Shown here: piece by piece, positions 37,241 through 50,151 of the stretch
Numbering within the stretch: position 1 is the first letter of the stretch
How the letters are laid out: each line of letters begins with the position of its first letter
Origin: Moniliella sp. 'wahieum'
Taxonomy: Eukaryota
NCBI GenBank assembly: GCA_003971905.1
Contig: RSEE01000056.1
Location: 372,001 to 436,000 of the forward strand
Direction: 5' to 3'
Length of the DNA stretch: 64,000 nucleotides
Translations under genes and position numbers: made by a program
The notes under the pieces: model-generated
The model's input: only the letters and a program-made list of their open reading frames with translations
What the model was told of the DNA's origin: nothing
The model's database searches: none

Positions 37241-37325
37241 CTCTCCGACGGGAATCGAACCCGGGTCTCGTCCGCACGCCTGTTCCAATGACAGGGACGT
37301 GTCATAGCCACTAAACTATCGGAGA
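37241..37325 (-). tRNA. tRNA-Asp(GTC) with ~14-nt intron
   Basis: Reverse strand reads TCTCCGA TA GTTTAGTGGCTATGAC A CGTCC CT GTC A [TTGGAACAGGCGTG] C GGACG AGAC CCGGGTTCGATTCCCG TCGGAGA G, followed by a T5 Pol III terminator. The T-stem appears one G short, probably a sequencing indel. Confidence 0.9.
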
Positions 37326-37625
37326 CGGTTGATTTGAGCGAGTGCAGCAGCAGCACTGTGGACTCAAGTAGGATGATTGGGAGGAAGCGGCTCGTGCGCA
37401 CCCGGCAGCGTCCGGGCTTTTCGGCCGGCGCGCCGGAGTGGGGCCCGCAGGCCAGGCGGGCCAGTAGGCGAGTGCCGCAGTGACGCTGAAAATCCCACGC
37501 GGGCCATCGGCAACAACAGCGAGCGCCGGCAGCCACACTCTGCTCGCGGTGGGTTGGGGCGCGCTCAGTCTGGGCAGCAAAGCAACCTTCTCGGACTTCT
37601 TCGGACCCCACCCACCATCCCTCTA

Positions 37626-38610
37626 ATGCTCTCCGCCCTCCGCTCTTCTGTTGCCCGCACCGCCCCCTCGGTCCTCAGCGCCGCCGCGCCGCTGCCGCGT
37701 GTGCCCCTGGCCACCCGTGCGCTGAGTGTGTCGGCTCGCGTCGCCGCGCCCGAGTACAAAAACATCATCGTCACTCCTGCCGCCGAGGGCAAGGTGACGC
37801 TCATCAAGCTCAACCGCCCAAGGCCCTCAACGCGCTCAACAGCGAGCTGTTCCACGAGATCAACGCTGCCACTGCCGAGGCGGATTCGGATGCGGCGGTG
37901 CACGCCATGTGATTACTGGCTCGGACAAGGCGTTTGCCGCTGGCGCCGACATTAAGGAGAATGAAGGATGTCAAGTTTACCGATCGTACAAGAACAACTT
38001 CCTTGGCCACTGGAGCCAGCTCACCACGGTCCGCAAGCCTATTATTGCGGCCGTGTCGGGCTTTGCGCTGGGCGGTGGGTTGAACTGATGATGATGTGCG
38101 ACATTGCTATCGCTGCGCCGTCGGCCGTGTTTGGCCAGCCCGAAATCAACTTGGGCATCATCCGGGTGGCGGAGGATCTCAGCGTCTGTGCAAGGCGGTG
38201 GGCAAGTCGCTGGCGATGGAGATGATCCTGACGGGCCACATGTCAAGGCGCCTGAAGCGGCGGCGCGCGGATTGGTGTCCCGCGTGGTTGGGAGGACCAA
38301 GACTGGTCGAGGAGGCCATCAGATTGGCGCCAAGATTGCGACCAAGTCGCAGATTGCTACTCAGGCGGGCAAGGAAGCCGTCAACCATGGTACGTATCCT
38401 CATCCTACTCCTTTTGTCGGAGCAAAATGCGCGGAATTGATCTATGATACTGATGTTGTGATACTCCCCAAATCAGCTTACGACTTGCCCCTCACCCAGG
38501 GCCTCACCTATGAGAAGCGGCTCTTCCACGCCCTCTTTGCCACCAAGGACCAAAAGGAGGGCATGGGCGCCTTTGCCGAGAAGCGCAAGCCCACGTTCAC
38601 CAACGAGTAA
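37626..38610 (+). CDS. ECHS1: Mitochondrial short-chain enoyl-CoA hydratase
   Basis: Presequence MLSALRSSVART..; LIKLNRP.ALNAL; TGSDKAFAAGADIKE; RKPIIAAVSGFALGGG; FGQPEINLG; FATKDQKEGMGAFAEKRKP. Intron ~38390-38476. Confidence 0.93.
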
Positions 38611-40555
38611 ATAAACCCGTTTCGCTTCGCATCACAGAGGGTGTGTGTTGTTCCATGGAATCGACGCAAGCGAATCCCGTTTGAGAGGGTCCTGTGTTGC
38701 AATAGCATATATGACTTCCCCTCCCATTTGTTAAGCACGCACAGTTGTTCGGATTGTTGGGTTACGCATCTCTTCCTTTTGGACTTGAAAGGGGGCAGGA
38801 ACTATCGCGCCCGCTTCTGCGCTGACGGAGATGCTGTGGCGCAGGGGGTCAGCTTCAGGCCGGTCTGCCAAGCGCCATGTCGGAAACGTATGCGATGGAT
38901 AAACTTGTGCACAGTTTGAACAGTAGTGGCATGGCGAAGTGGGAACGACATTGCCCCTTCAGGCGCGTCACCATAATACGAGGATAGGTGGCCGCAACAA
39001 TAATATGCTATTCGGACAAAGACGTGTTCTGATGCCTTACTGCGACAACAGCCACAGCCTCTAAGCCAACAGTTAGCAACGGTTTGTCATGGACGGAGTC
39101 CCGGGGTGGGGCCCACCCCTGTGAGTATAGTCTATAGGGTACAAACTCTTGGACTGCCAGTTGGAGCCACAGTACGGTATGTCCGTCCACAGATGCAGGT
39201 CAAACCGAGGGGGGAGAGGCGTGAGGGAGAAGGGGAATGCTTTGAATGCCGATGAGATTCATTCGGGCTCCATGGAACGGTGCTTCTACACCAAAAGGAA
39301 AGGTGAAGCAGTCACACAGGTAAACACGCGCGTGATGAGAGACACACACACACGCAAAGGGGTCAAGAAAGATCTAGAACAGGTTCATACGCACAGCCGG
39401 CGGGGAGTTTGTGGCCCCTCAAAAAGCCGATCAGGCGGGGGGAGGACCCTCTACTTTGGGTAGCTGCCTGCGTGCAAAAGCCGCAGATCAGGCCCTCCGA
39501 GGTAGGAGCAGCGTACGTAGGTCGTCTGACCTGTTGAAATGGCCTACAGGTATTCTCCGGGGTACTTACTCGGTATTGGTTACCAAGCTCTGTATACAGT
39601 AGGAGGATTCAGATGCCAGAGAGCAATAGCTAGTGAGAGAGTAACCGCGGCTTGCGGTGTAACCGACGTCAGTCGTAAATTCGCAAGGATGGTACAAGGT
39701 GAAAGGGCGAGAGGAGAAGGAAACAGGTTGAAATTGGTGTTGAACAGGCAGGGTGGTCGATTAGAAGATCACAGCTAGGAACCTTATACAGGGGCTGTTT
39801 ATAGACCGTGCTAGAAAAGGAACCGTCGTTCATATACGACCGGATGATGGATGACCCTGTAATGACGTACTACGGCAGGCAAACGGCGCGGCCTGAGCTA
39901 CCATGAGTAGATGAGAGAGAACGGGTAGCGAGTTGAGCGAAGAGGTGGCGGTGGTAAGGAAGAACAGAGGAATCCGCCAGCAGTGTCTATACACGTGCGG
40001 CCTATACACAATGGGAACCAAGCGGAGGCGCCACGGATTGAGCGCGGGCCCACTGGGCTAAGCATAAAACACAACAACACCTAACTAGGGCAGTGCCAAT
40101 GGCGACAGCCACGGTGCAACAACCCTCGAACGTTCAGCGCTCAAAGCTCAAAGAAGGTAGTGCACTTACCTGCGCTGTGTGCGCAAAACCCAGTTTACGC
40201 TGGTGATAGGCATCGTACTACAGATATGTCTGGTAGAGTGTTATGATGGCTGTGGATGCAGCAAATGTTTTTTTTGTGCCAGCACGCAAAAGCATGGCGT
40301 ATGATACAAGTAAAGAGAGATCGCAGCACCGTGGAACAACGTATGCACCGTCAAGGCAGGACATAGGCACCATTTTTCAGTGGAGATCAAAAAAACGTGA
40401 CGCAAGGACAAACGGACAATGAGGAAAAGAGAGCAGTTTGGATCGGGCCAAAGCCCCAGGCTTCCATCAAGGGTGGAAGAGGAGCCCATGAAGCCAGAAA
40501 TGGGAGAAGTTGATGAGAACGGTTTGTGACACGAAGGGAGACAGAGCCACAGCAT

Positions 40556-41014
40556 TTAGATGAAGTGCCAGCCGATGGGGAGACACCCTGGCCCATGTCG
40601 CCCTCGTCAAGGGCGGAGAAGAGGGCGGGGGACATGTCGAGGCTGCCCTCGGCGCAACCAGGGCAGAGGTCAACATCGTGGCAAACTGCCAGATGCCCTT
40701 CTGCTGGTTGAGGAGGATAGCACACCTCCTTGCCGCAAGCCTCCTGGGTGTACTGGGGGCGTTCAGAGCGACAACAAAGTCGCTGTGGTGTTGGTCCAGC
40801 CGCAAGCGCCGAGACCGACCTCAAAGAAAGTAGCTTGGCCACTGTTGCGAGTCATGAATGGTCAGTATAAATGTCCACAATGGCAACTGTGACAAGAGTG
40901 GACGTACGCAAAGTGGCGCTTCTCCAGCTCCGCAGCGGGCTTGATGGGGGCAGCCGAGGCGGTCAGGGCGAACACCGCGGTGGCGGCAGCAGCGATCTTG
41001 GTGAAAGAGAACAT
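40556..41014 (-). CDS. Secreted RlpA-like double-psi beta-barrel (loosenin/expansin-like) protein
   Basis: Signal MFSFTKIAAAATAVFALTASA, Kex2-like EKR, intron ~40836-40907, then GQATFFEVGLGACG..VALN..CGK..DLCPGCAEGSLDMSPALFSAL..IGWHFI. Confidence 0.88.
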
Positions 41015-43802
41015 GGCTGAATGAGAGAGAGATGAAGCGAGAGAAGACGCGGGTGAGAAGAGAGTGGAGCTGAGAAAGGCGGTGTGGTGGTGAGGAAACA
41101 ATGCCCCAAGGTCCAGACCGTCGCAGGTTTATAGAGAAAGAGGGTAGATGTTCCGTCTCAAGGGCACAACCAGCGAACAGGAGAGTTGCATTGAAAAAAG
41201 TGACGAATGTGAAAGGGCAGCAGCAGCGTCAGAGTCCCTCTGGCAGCCTGGCACGGCGCATCGAGGGGGAGGGGATCCGGGGGAGGAAGAAAGGGGGGGG
41301 GGGTCAATCAACCTCAGCGCTGATGAGCTCAAGCCGCCATGCCAGCCAGACAACAGAAGCACACCACGACTGTGAGGTTGGGCAGGGTAGCTAGTGACAT
41401 GTGCAAGTGGGATACGATACAGGGATTCCACCGGCGGATGATTTGCGTTGAGTTAGTCCGTCCGCGTTGCTGGCTGTGCGAAGAGGGCAACTGGCAACCC
41501 AGATTGTTTTGCCGGGAGCGAGCCGGAAACTGCTCATCCTCAGGGGACGACTTGTGACTCGGGGGGCTGGGCGACCCCTTCTGATGGATGAGGCGGAGGG
41601 GTGGATGATGGGCGAGGGCCAGTGCCCAGCACACAGGGGGGCCTGCTGAAAAACAAACAAGGGTGTGTGGCGGCGGTGCAGTGAAGGGAGGGCATGGCGT
41701 CCATGTGGATGTTCGGATGAGGGGGATCCGCAGTTTGGGGTGGCAGGTGGCGAGGCGCCTAACGCGCCTTCCGCCTGACCCTGAGGCCGCCCGCCTGGGC
41801 CCCCTCGGAAGCTCGAACCGAGTTGGGCTGAGCAGCGCTGTGCCTCCGGCCTCAGCAGCCTCGGCCTCAGCCATCACTTGCATCTAGTCACTCGTGCCTG
41901 AGACTGTGCCGCCATGTGGCTGCCTCGGCCGGCAGATCCTCCGAATCTTGGAGTCCCCCCCTAGCCCACCGGGATCCCCCACAGAGACATTCTGACAGCC
42001 GTCCCTCTCAGGTCCCACGCCGATTCAATATTCACTCTCAATCTTACCCACGGTTTCAAGTTTTGTTTTGCTTTCCTCCCGTTCTTCGGCCCTGGGGGGG
42101 GGTGTTGCGGGTGCGGGTGCCGCCTAAGTAAGCGACTCAGCCTGAGGTACATAGAGGGTGTCCCATGCGTCATTGATATTCGATCGACGCACAACGCTGC
42201 AATTTCAGTTGCCCACCGACCAGAGTCTACCGGCTGTACCTACCCCCCAGAGCCCCTAGGAAAACGGGGGGGGGACAACAGCCGAAAACGGGGGGCAGCA
42301 ATCGGCTGGGTTCAATGTTCTTGCTTGACTTCAAATTGCAAGGTATGTTCCAAGTTGGTTTCCCATCCTGCATCCGGCGATCGCCCCTTTGTATGAAACA
42401 AGCCTTCAAGCTTCAAGCTTCATACCGGCCTCGGCGCCTCAGCCCCTTCGGCCTCAGGGCCTCAAAACTTGCATGGCGTCTACGCGTTACGCGTTATGCG
42501 TGTTAATTATGCCGCGAGCCACTAGCACATTTCTTGACGGGAAACGGCACCACATGCCCGAATAGGATAGTCGAATTAGGTATTTTTGAGTTTTGAACCT
42601 GTGAAGCGTGGGATACGCACAGAACACGATCGAAGATACGGAGATGATTATGCATTACTCAGAGGACCGTGAGTTCGGGGAGACCTGCACCACATACATT
42701 TTTGGGGGGAGGGGGAAAAGACCGTGGGGAGGGGGGGAAAAGACCGGGGAGGGGGGGAAAAGACTGTGAGGAGGGAGGATTGGACCGGTTAGAAGCCGGT
42801 TACCGGCGGGTTAAGTAATTAAATTACCGGCCACGCGCTATTAGCCGGCGCTAGCTTGCTAGTCCTTTAACTATGCGAGCGCGAAGCGGCTATAGTACTA
42901 GCAGGCAAGAAGGGGTGGACCGGATCGACCTCTAAATCACATGCATAACACGAGAGCAGAGTGAGGCTCAACGCTGATAACGGTGTGTGGCGGGGGTACG
43001 CAGATCGCCGAGTAGAGCAGTTCAGTTTGAACGGGGTTAATATATGGAGCTACTGCAGCTACTATATTCAAAGGAATCCATAGGAAGTTGGCCTCAACTC
43101 CTGTCGCCTCATTGGGGTATTCGGTCTAGGCTCCAACTCAGCGCGGACTCGGACATGGATGGGGGATGGGGATGGGGTCTGTGGGTCGATTAAAAGTTAG
43201 TGCATCGAAGATTGCTGATTTTGATGAGCTTAGCACCGGCTCCATTACCGTTCCGCGTTACCAAATCCAAGCGACTCAGCCGCCAAACCAAGCAACTGCC
43301 CGCCTTGGTGCGGGAACTTGTTCAGGTTTCCTGCTGTCCCATACGTCCCCAACACCATTACTGGAGTGATTAACGTAATTAACGAAGTAGTTGAAAATTG
43401 AACCAAATCGATCTCATCCACCCCTGCCCCTCATGTGCCAGCCCGGGTCCAGAAGCCTGCACGCACGGGTGCAAGCATGCCTGGGCGGAGCCTTCCCAGC
43501 CTCAAAGCTGCCTGTTCGTCGGACCGGAGGGCTTCGCGGGGCGGCTTTTGCACATGCTTGAGAACGAGCTGGTCATGGAGGCGTCTGAGATCTGAGATTT
43601 GAGAAGATGGACAAGCCAAGCCCCATTTTATTGCGCCAGGAAATATGCAATGGATACTGGGATAGTGCTTTGACAAAGCATGTTTTTTTGACCAGGGTTA
43701 TGCATAATAGGGTTTTCCCGACCGCCGCCGGTGCCCCCCCCTCGTCTAACCTGGTGGTTGACGCGACGCAGCGCGAAACCACCGCCTCGGCAAGTACCCA
43801 CC

Positions 43803-44286
43803 ATGGCCACCTCGGAGCTTGCTGCCACCTACGCCTCGCTCATCCTTGCCGACGAGTCGGTGGAGATCACCGTACGTGTCCGCGATTCTCTTCGGGCGTG
43901 GTGTGACCTGCTTGGCTACGCGCGTGCTCGCTCTGGTCCCATTTTCTAGGCCAAGCGACCTGCCCTGCCAAACGAAGACTAGCTCCGGATACTGACGTTG
44001 CCATGTGTGGTTTGTGTGCTGCAGGGGGAGAAGATCCACACGCTCACCTCGGCTGCCCACGTGGAGCTGGAGCCGATTTGGGCTAGCTTGCTCGCCAAGG
44101 CCCTCGCTGGCAAGGACATCACCGAGCTCCTGACCTCGGTTGGTGGGGCGCTGCTGCGCTGTGGCCGTCGCCGCGCCCGGCGCTGCCGCTGGCGACGCAC
44201 CGGCCGAGGAGAAGAAGGAGGAGAAGAAGGAAGAGAAGGTCGAGGAGGAGTCGGACGACGACATGGGCTTTGGTCTGTTTGACTAA
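43803..44286 (+). CDS. RPP1: 60S acidic ribosomal protein P1
   Basis: [23 protein letters not shown]|intron ~43872-44023|[32 protein letters not shown]. Confidence 0.96.
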
Positions 44287-44589
44287 GTATGGTCCATTTC
44301 GCCCGTGCACTTGGATTTGCGCGGCATTGGCCCGTGCTCCACTCCCCCCTACCCTTACAACCTAGGCTCTTCGAAACTGCATACACTGCCTTGCCCACTG
44401 CCCTCTTCATGCCGCTGGAATGCTCGTAGTGGGAACCATGAGGCCTGACAGCCTCTTTCCCTAGGCCCCACAAGCTAATAACTTGCGGACTAAAGTGGTA
44501 GACCGAAAGGGTGTCGTAGGTTCCTTCCGTCAGTTCCCTGTTCCCGTCAACATCCCGCCCATTACTCTATATATATCAACGTCCTCGCT

Positions 44590-47500
44590 ATCTCGCGCGC
44601 TCTACTGGGTCAGGCAAAGAGAAGGGATGCTGGATAATGCATGTAACGCACAGACTGGGCCGAGCAAGCGTATCCTGCATAGGGGCTTCCCGTCCAACCC
44701 GTCCAACCCGTCCGTCCAACCATGGACCCTGTCCTCGGCAGGAATCCAGCCCATGTCGTCCATGGGCACGCTCAGGCCAACTTGCCAGCTCAGCCCCGTC
44801 AGCCCTCAGATCCTCGACCTGGCCCATCTTAGCTCCCACGCCGCATCGCCCAAAGGACCGGGCCACAGTACCGTCGCACGCTACCATTGGTGGGGCGCGG
44901 TACTTGCCATTGAGGATCGGGCTCGGCGCAAGACATCGGGTGGGAGTGCATTGGTGCCTAGCTACGGCTCCGTCCTGCAGCTCGTGCTTTGGTCCCACAG
45001 GTACGGCTCATCGACCGGGCGACATGGGCACAGGACCCAAGACCGGATCGAAACGGTACGTCTGCCGCGGGGCAGGCTGGGACACGGGTTGCGACGTGGG
45101 TAGGACGGCTGCCTGGGCCGGGGATGGACCTGAGGCTGGACCGGGGGCTGGATCTGGGAATAGGCCTGAGGCTGGACCTGGGGATGGGGTTGGGGATAGG
45201 TCTGAGGATAGGTCTGAGGATAGGTCTGAGGATAGGCCTGGGGATAGGCTTGGGGATGAGGTTGCTGGCCCTGGGGGTGGAGAGCCAAGGGTGAGATTGA
45301 GGTGGGGCGGAAGGCCAGGAGGGCGAGCTGACGGCGGTTGGGCCCCAGGTCGGACTGCCCCAGAGTTGGGACAGATTGGGAGCGCCCAAGCCGTTCGGGG
45401 CAGCGTACGGTTCGCTCCATCCCTTATCTGATGCCGAGGCCAGGCCAGAGGAGGCGGGGGTGGGGCGCGAGTCCTGGGAGCCAGCGCGAGGCACACTCGA
45501 AGGGGATGCAACCCCCGAGGCTGGCGTCGACGACTGGTCCGACGAGGTGGGCCACCAAGCGCGAGGCGAAGGCACAGCGGACCGGCGTTGGGTGGCGAAC
45601 TCAACATGGGGCTTGGGTCCCAGAGGGCTGGGTCGCCGCGGCCAACGATGGCATCCCCGCCATCCCCGCCATCCCCGCCAAGGGAGAGGCAAGCCCTGAA
45701 CTGGACAGGTCCGGTTTGGGAGGCCAAGAAGGCCATGTCTGCGACGGAGGGGGGTAAGCGGATTGTTCGCCTCGGTGGGGGGAGGGCCTGGTGCAGCCAC
45801 GGGTTGGGCGAGGCAGACTCAATTGGCGATCCGAGCGAGGCCCCCACGGGCGTAGGCGGCCTGAGTACCCTTCGCAGCAAGTCCTCAGCCGTCGACGCAT
45901 GCGCTCGTTCCTTTTGAGGCGGCAAGGGAGATGCGGCCCAATGAACTCCAGATGCACTATCGTTGCCCGTGGGAGGATCCGACCAAGCGTCCCACGCTTC
46001 CACTTTACCTGGAAGAGAAGCAGGCCATCCGGACGCGGCAACGGGCCCAGGGGATTGGGCGGTGGGTTCGGTACCCGAACCCGGACCCGACCCACGTACG
46101 GAGGGAGGACGCGAGGGCCGATTGGACCCGGGCGCGGAAGATACAGGTGGCACAGGAGAGACCGAGTCCAACACCGACCCACGACCCGACGAAACGCGCG
46201 ACGAGCCAGGTGCAGAGGCAAGTTGGGTCAAGCTGTCGACGCTACCGTCTCATAGGGGAGACCAGGGACTCGGCTCCAAAAGAAGCCTGGGACCATGGCC
46301 CTGCCGATTTCCATGCTTCCCCCTTCCCGCCCGGAGGGAGCGACGGCGCTCGCCTCCACTGCACAGACTGCTCATCCACAGCGGTGCGCATCGCCAGTTC
46401 AACAATGTCCTCGCCATCATCGTGAACAGAGTGAGACAGCGGCGGCTGAGGTTGTTGAGGTTGCTGGGGCTTCTGATGTCCCTGGGGTTCCTCAGGTTGA
46501 TGGAGTTGGTGGGGTTGGTGAGATGGTTGAGGCTTTTGGGGTTGCTTGGATTGCTTGGGTTGCTTGGGTGGTGGTTGCGGTTGGGGCGATGGTGCTTGCC
46601 GGTGTGGTTGGGTTATCTGGGGTGGTCGGGGTTGCCGTGCGGGTTGGGATGGCGGAGTTTCCTGCGAGGGGGGAGGAGTTTGGGCTGGCGGTGCTGACTG
46701 CCCTTGTGGCTGGGTTGGCTGGAACTGGGGGGGACGGGGGATGTGGAGGTGGAGACTGTCGTGACTGGGGCTGCTTCCCCTTGGTCGTACGGCTTGTTCC
46801 CGACGGTTCGACAGGGGGAGCGGTCCCGTCCGCAGCCGCGGCGGCGTGTAAGCGCAAGCGCATCGCCGCCTGAGCATCGCGGCAAACCGAGTACAAACGG
46901 GCTGCATCCTCGCTGGACGGAAGCGACGCACACGGGCGCGGCGGCGCCGCACGCACTTGCAACGGCAAGAATCCGAGCATCGTCCAATCTTCCGGCGTTG
47001 CCCCAGGGGTTGCGACGGCAGGTTTCCTACGCTCGCAAGGGCTGACCAAAACTTGTTCATGGCGGGAACGAGGCCAGTGGCCGTGTCACCGGCCCTATGA
47101 CGAAGGGAATGCGCCTCGGCACGGGCAAGGTACGCCTGCTGCGCGTGAGCCCAGCGCGCTCCAATACACGCAGCCGCAAGCAACCTCGGGCTACTCGAAA
47201 CGGTCTCAAGAACGGGCGTGAGCAAGGCGAGAAGATGCATGAGCAAGGCTTCTTCTGCAAGACGGGCCAGGGAAACGGCAACACTTGATTTTGGCACGGC
47301 GGACAAGCTCTCCTGCTCCGTCTGGGACGAGGGAGTGAGCCGTTGACGCAGACGTCGAACAAGCCATAGAGCTGCCATGGCAGCTACCAAACTGTCCTCC
47401 ACATCGGCTGACGAGAGCGTCTGAATCCCACTGACGCCACCCAGGTCCAGTCGCTCCAGCTGGTCCGAGAGCCCCTTGGCCTTTGACATTGTCCCCTGCG

Positions 47501-48810
47501 ACGGGGCACCAGAACATCGGTAATGCGAGCAGTATGGCCCGTGATGCTATCCAGTGCCCGTTGCGCATCGTCGTGGGCAACTTGAGGCGACTTTGGATCG
47601 GAACGAGGGTCGAGGGATTGGAGAAGGGCAGCTACCGAGGCATGGAGACTCAAAATGTCCATCTGCCACGCTGCCTCGTCCTTGCCAGGCGCAGGAGGCC
47701 GGCTGGTCGGGTGGGAACCATAGCGACGCAGTAGCAACCACCGGTTCTGTTCCGCGTTTTGCCGTGCTACCGGATCGGGGCGGAGCGAAAGTTGCGCACG
47801 GTAGTAGGCAACCGTAGCGGCCAACGGGCCCGTTCCCCGTTCCGACAGAGACGCCGCGCTTTCACCGACTCCGGCGCTGGAACGGAGAGACCGATCGGGG
47901 ACTTGGGCCGCGAGAGCACCGAGTTGACTCCACGCTCGGCCCGAGGCAGGATGGAGAAGATGAGCGGCGCGGTACAGTGCGCTGGCCAGGTGGAGGGGAG
48001 CAAGGGTCAGGTGCGCCCTCGCGATTTGTCAGGGGCCGAGAGGAAGGTTCGACGAGCACAACATGCTGGGTGGCGGCGTAGCGTGCTAGGTCTCCCATGC
48101 TGATGAGCAGGGGGCCAAGATGCGTTGGCTCCCTTCGTTTTCGGGCGGGGGACGGGTGCTGGGCGGGAGGAGGCCCATGGAACGCAACAGGGCAAGCCCA
48201 TGCGCCGCATGGCTCGCGTGGAGCCCAGATTCTTCCGTTGGAGAGGGGGCAAGATATGCGCACTCGCAGCGTGGCGCAGGACCTTGCGTCAGCTCGGCCG
48301 GGTCCGAGTCGGGCCGAGCGTCGGCGGTGCAGAAGAGCGTCTCGGCCTGGGCCAGCAGCTCGGACCAAAAAGACCACTCCTCCAAAAGGAAGATGCGCAT
48401 GGGCTGGCCCGGCGTGTCGCGGGATCCAGAGCGCATGGCGTGGCGCAGACGCGTGTAGAAGGCATAGGCATAGTGGTATCCGTCCATAACAGGTCGGGCG
48501 GCGGTCTGGCGTTCGTGGCGGGCGCGCTGAGCCTGGGGAGCGGCGGCGTCGTGAGCCAGGAGGATGCGCGTGAGGGTGGTGCGGAAGGCAGAGCGCGCAG
48601 CCTCTACGTCCGGGCTGGCACGCCAGGACGGGCAAGAAGGGCGCGGAGATGCTCCTGCTGGGCATGGGCGGGAGGGCTGGCGGCGGGGGTGGGATTGGGG
48701 GGCGGCGGGGCGGCGGCTGGGGGCGGGAGGCGCGGGTGCGCGGCTGGGGCGTGGGGGCGGGGGTGGGTGCGTGGATGGGGAGCCCTGGGCGCCGCAGACG
48801 ACTTGGGGCG
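44590..48810 (-). CDS. Large Est1/Ebs1/SMG5-7-like protein (heavily frameshifted)
   Basis: LLISMGDLARY, followed by ..AYYRAQLSLRPD.., resembles the Est1/SMG TPR-like domain. Helical middle region and Q/P-rich tail with QTYP/QPQ repeats. Both boundaries are uncertain. Confidence 0.5.
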
Positions 48811-49069
48811 CATAGCATCCACCGATGGCGCAGGCGGGGTGGTGGTGGCGTGGTGGTGGGGTGGTGGTGGCGGTCGTGGGGGGCGAGGGCGCGTGGATGC
48901 CACTTTGCTGCCGCAAGTGGTTTGTGTTTGCGGCTCGTCTTCCCAGTGCGCTGCTCCCGCCGCGGCGGAATCATTAATCAGGTCCCATTCCGCTCCGCCC
49001 GCGGCTCCCCATCTGGAGTTGTGGTGGCCAGCTACGGCCGTCTAATGCCCGCGCACGCTGTCCAACAAA

Positions 49070-49121
49070 AGGCCATACCAGACTATACCAGGCTACACCA
49101 GACTACCCCAGACTATGCCAT
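49070..49121 (+). repeat. 10-bp tandem repeat (CCAGACTAYN) x4-5
   Basis: ataccagactataccaggctacaccagactaccccagactatgcca is visible directly. Confidence 0.8.
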
Positions 49122-49179
49122 TGTACACGCCCCCTCTGGTGCGTGGTGGCCTCCATGCAATGGCATCCCCCCTCATCGA

Positions 49180-50151
49180 TTATCCGCGCCCAAAGCGCTG
49201 CTGAGCCAGGTCGCGCAGCATGTCCATCGTCTGCGTCTCCTTGGCCTGCGCCGCGCGCACCCGCGTGTCCCACTGCGCCTGTCGCTCAGCCTGCGCTCGG
49301 CCTGGCGGCTGCCATAGCTCCCGGCGCCTCCACCTCCGTCTCTTGCTCCGCCACGTCTGCGACCCTGGTTCAGCTCCCGCTCGCGCTCCCTAGCCGCTTC
49401 CCGATCCCGCTCCGCCCGCGCTGCCGCAAACTCATCCTCCGCCGCGAGGCCGAGCGCCGTGTCGTCCAAGTCCACCTCGTAGTCCCGCTCCGCAAACACC
49501 CGGTTGGCCACATTCCTCGCCCGCCGCTCTTCCCGCTGCGCATCCCGGCCCGTCGCACCGGAACTAGCTCCTCCAACTCCGCCACGTCCATCGAGCCAGC
49601 TCTAGCTCCCTGCCCAGCGCTCCGACTAGCCTGCGCCACCGCGCCCAACGAAGCTCCGGTCCCTGCCGCCCCCGCTGCCGGTGCCGGCGCCGGCCCCACT
49701 TCTGGTCCTGAATCGTCTGACAGCCCAGGCGATGCGCGTGTCGAGGGCGAAGCACTTCGCCTTGCGCGGTGATGCCGGTGGTGCCCAGCGCGGTGCGAGC
49801 GCGAATGGGAGTGGGAATGGGAGTGGGAATGCGAGGGAGGCTGGGAGCGGGAGTGAGAATGCGAGCGCGAGGAGGTGTGGGAGTGGGAGTGCGATGGCCC
49901 AGGCGACCGAGAACGTGATGGAGATTGGGAATGGCGTTGGCGATGGTCATGGCGACGGTGATGGCGATGATGATGGCGATGGTGAGGGTGAGGGTCAGCA
50001 CGGCTACGTTCCGACCGCGTGGAGCGGGAGGAAGAAGGAGTGTGCCGGCTCTTGGAGCGATCGGCAGATCGGTCCGTGTGGTGCCGGTGCGGCTGCCTCC
50101 GGTCGGAATGGCTGCGGCTGGCGGAGACAGGGGGAGACGTTCGGCTGGCAT
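49180..50151 (-). CDS. Hypothetical protein: His/Ser/Arg-rich N-terminus, charged coiled-coil C-terminus
   Basis: HS/RS-rich repeats, then ELEELVP..ERRARNVANRVFAERD..EDEFAAARAERDR..KETQTMDMLRDLAQQRFG. Frameshifted; family not named. Confidence 0.55.

Noticed and set aside
35960..37325. tRNA-targeted integration of the Copia, or tRNA-Asp as its primer
   Set aside because: The element lies ~1.3 kb downstream (3') of the tRNA, and the tRNA-Asp sequence does not match the PBS.
39532..40079. Possible solo LTR (TGTTG...CAACA)
   Set aside because: No matching TSD (tgacc versus cctaa) and no second copy in the window.
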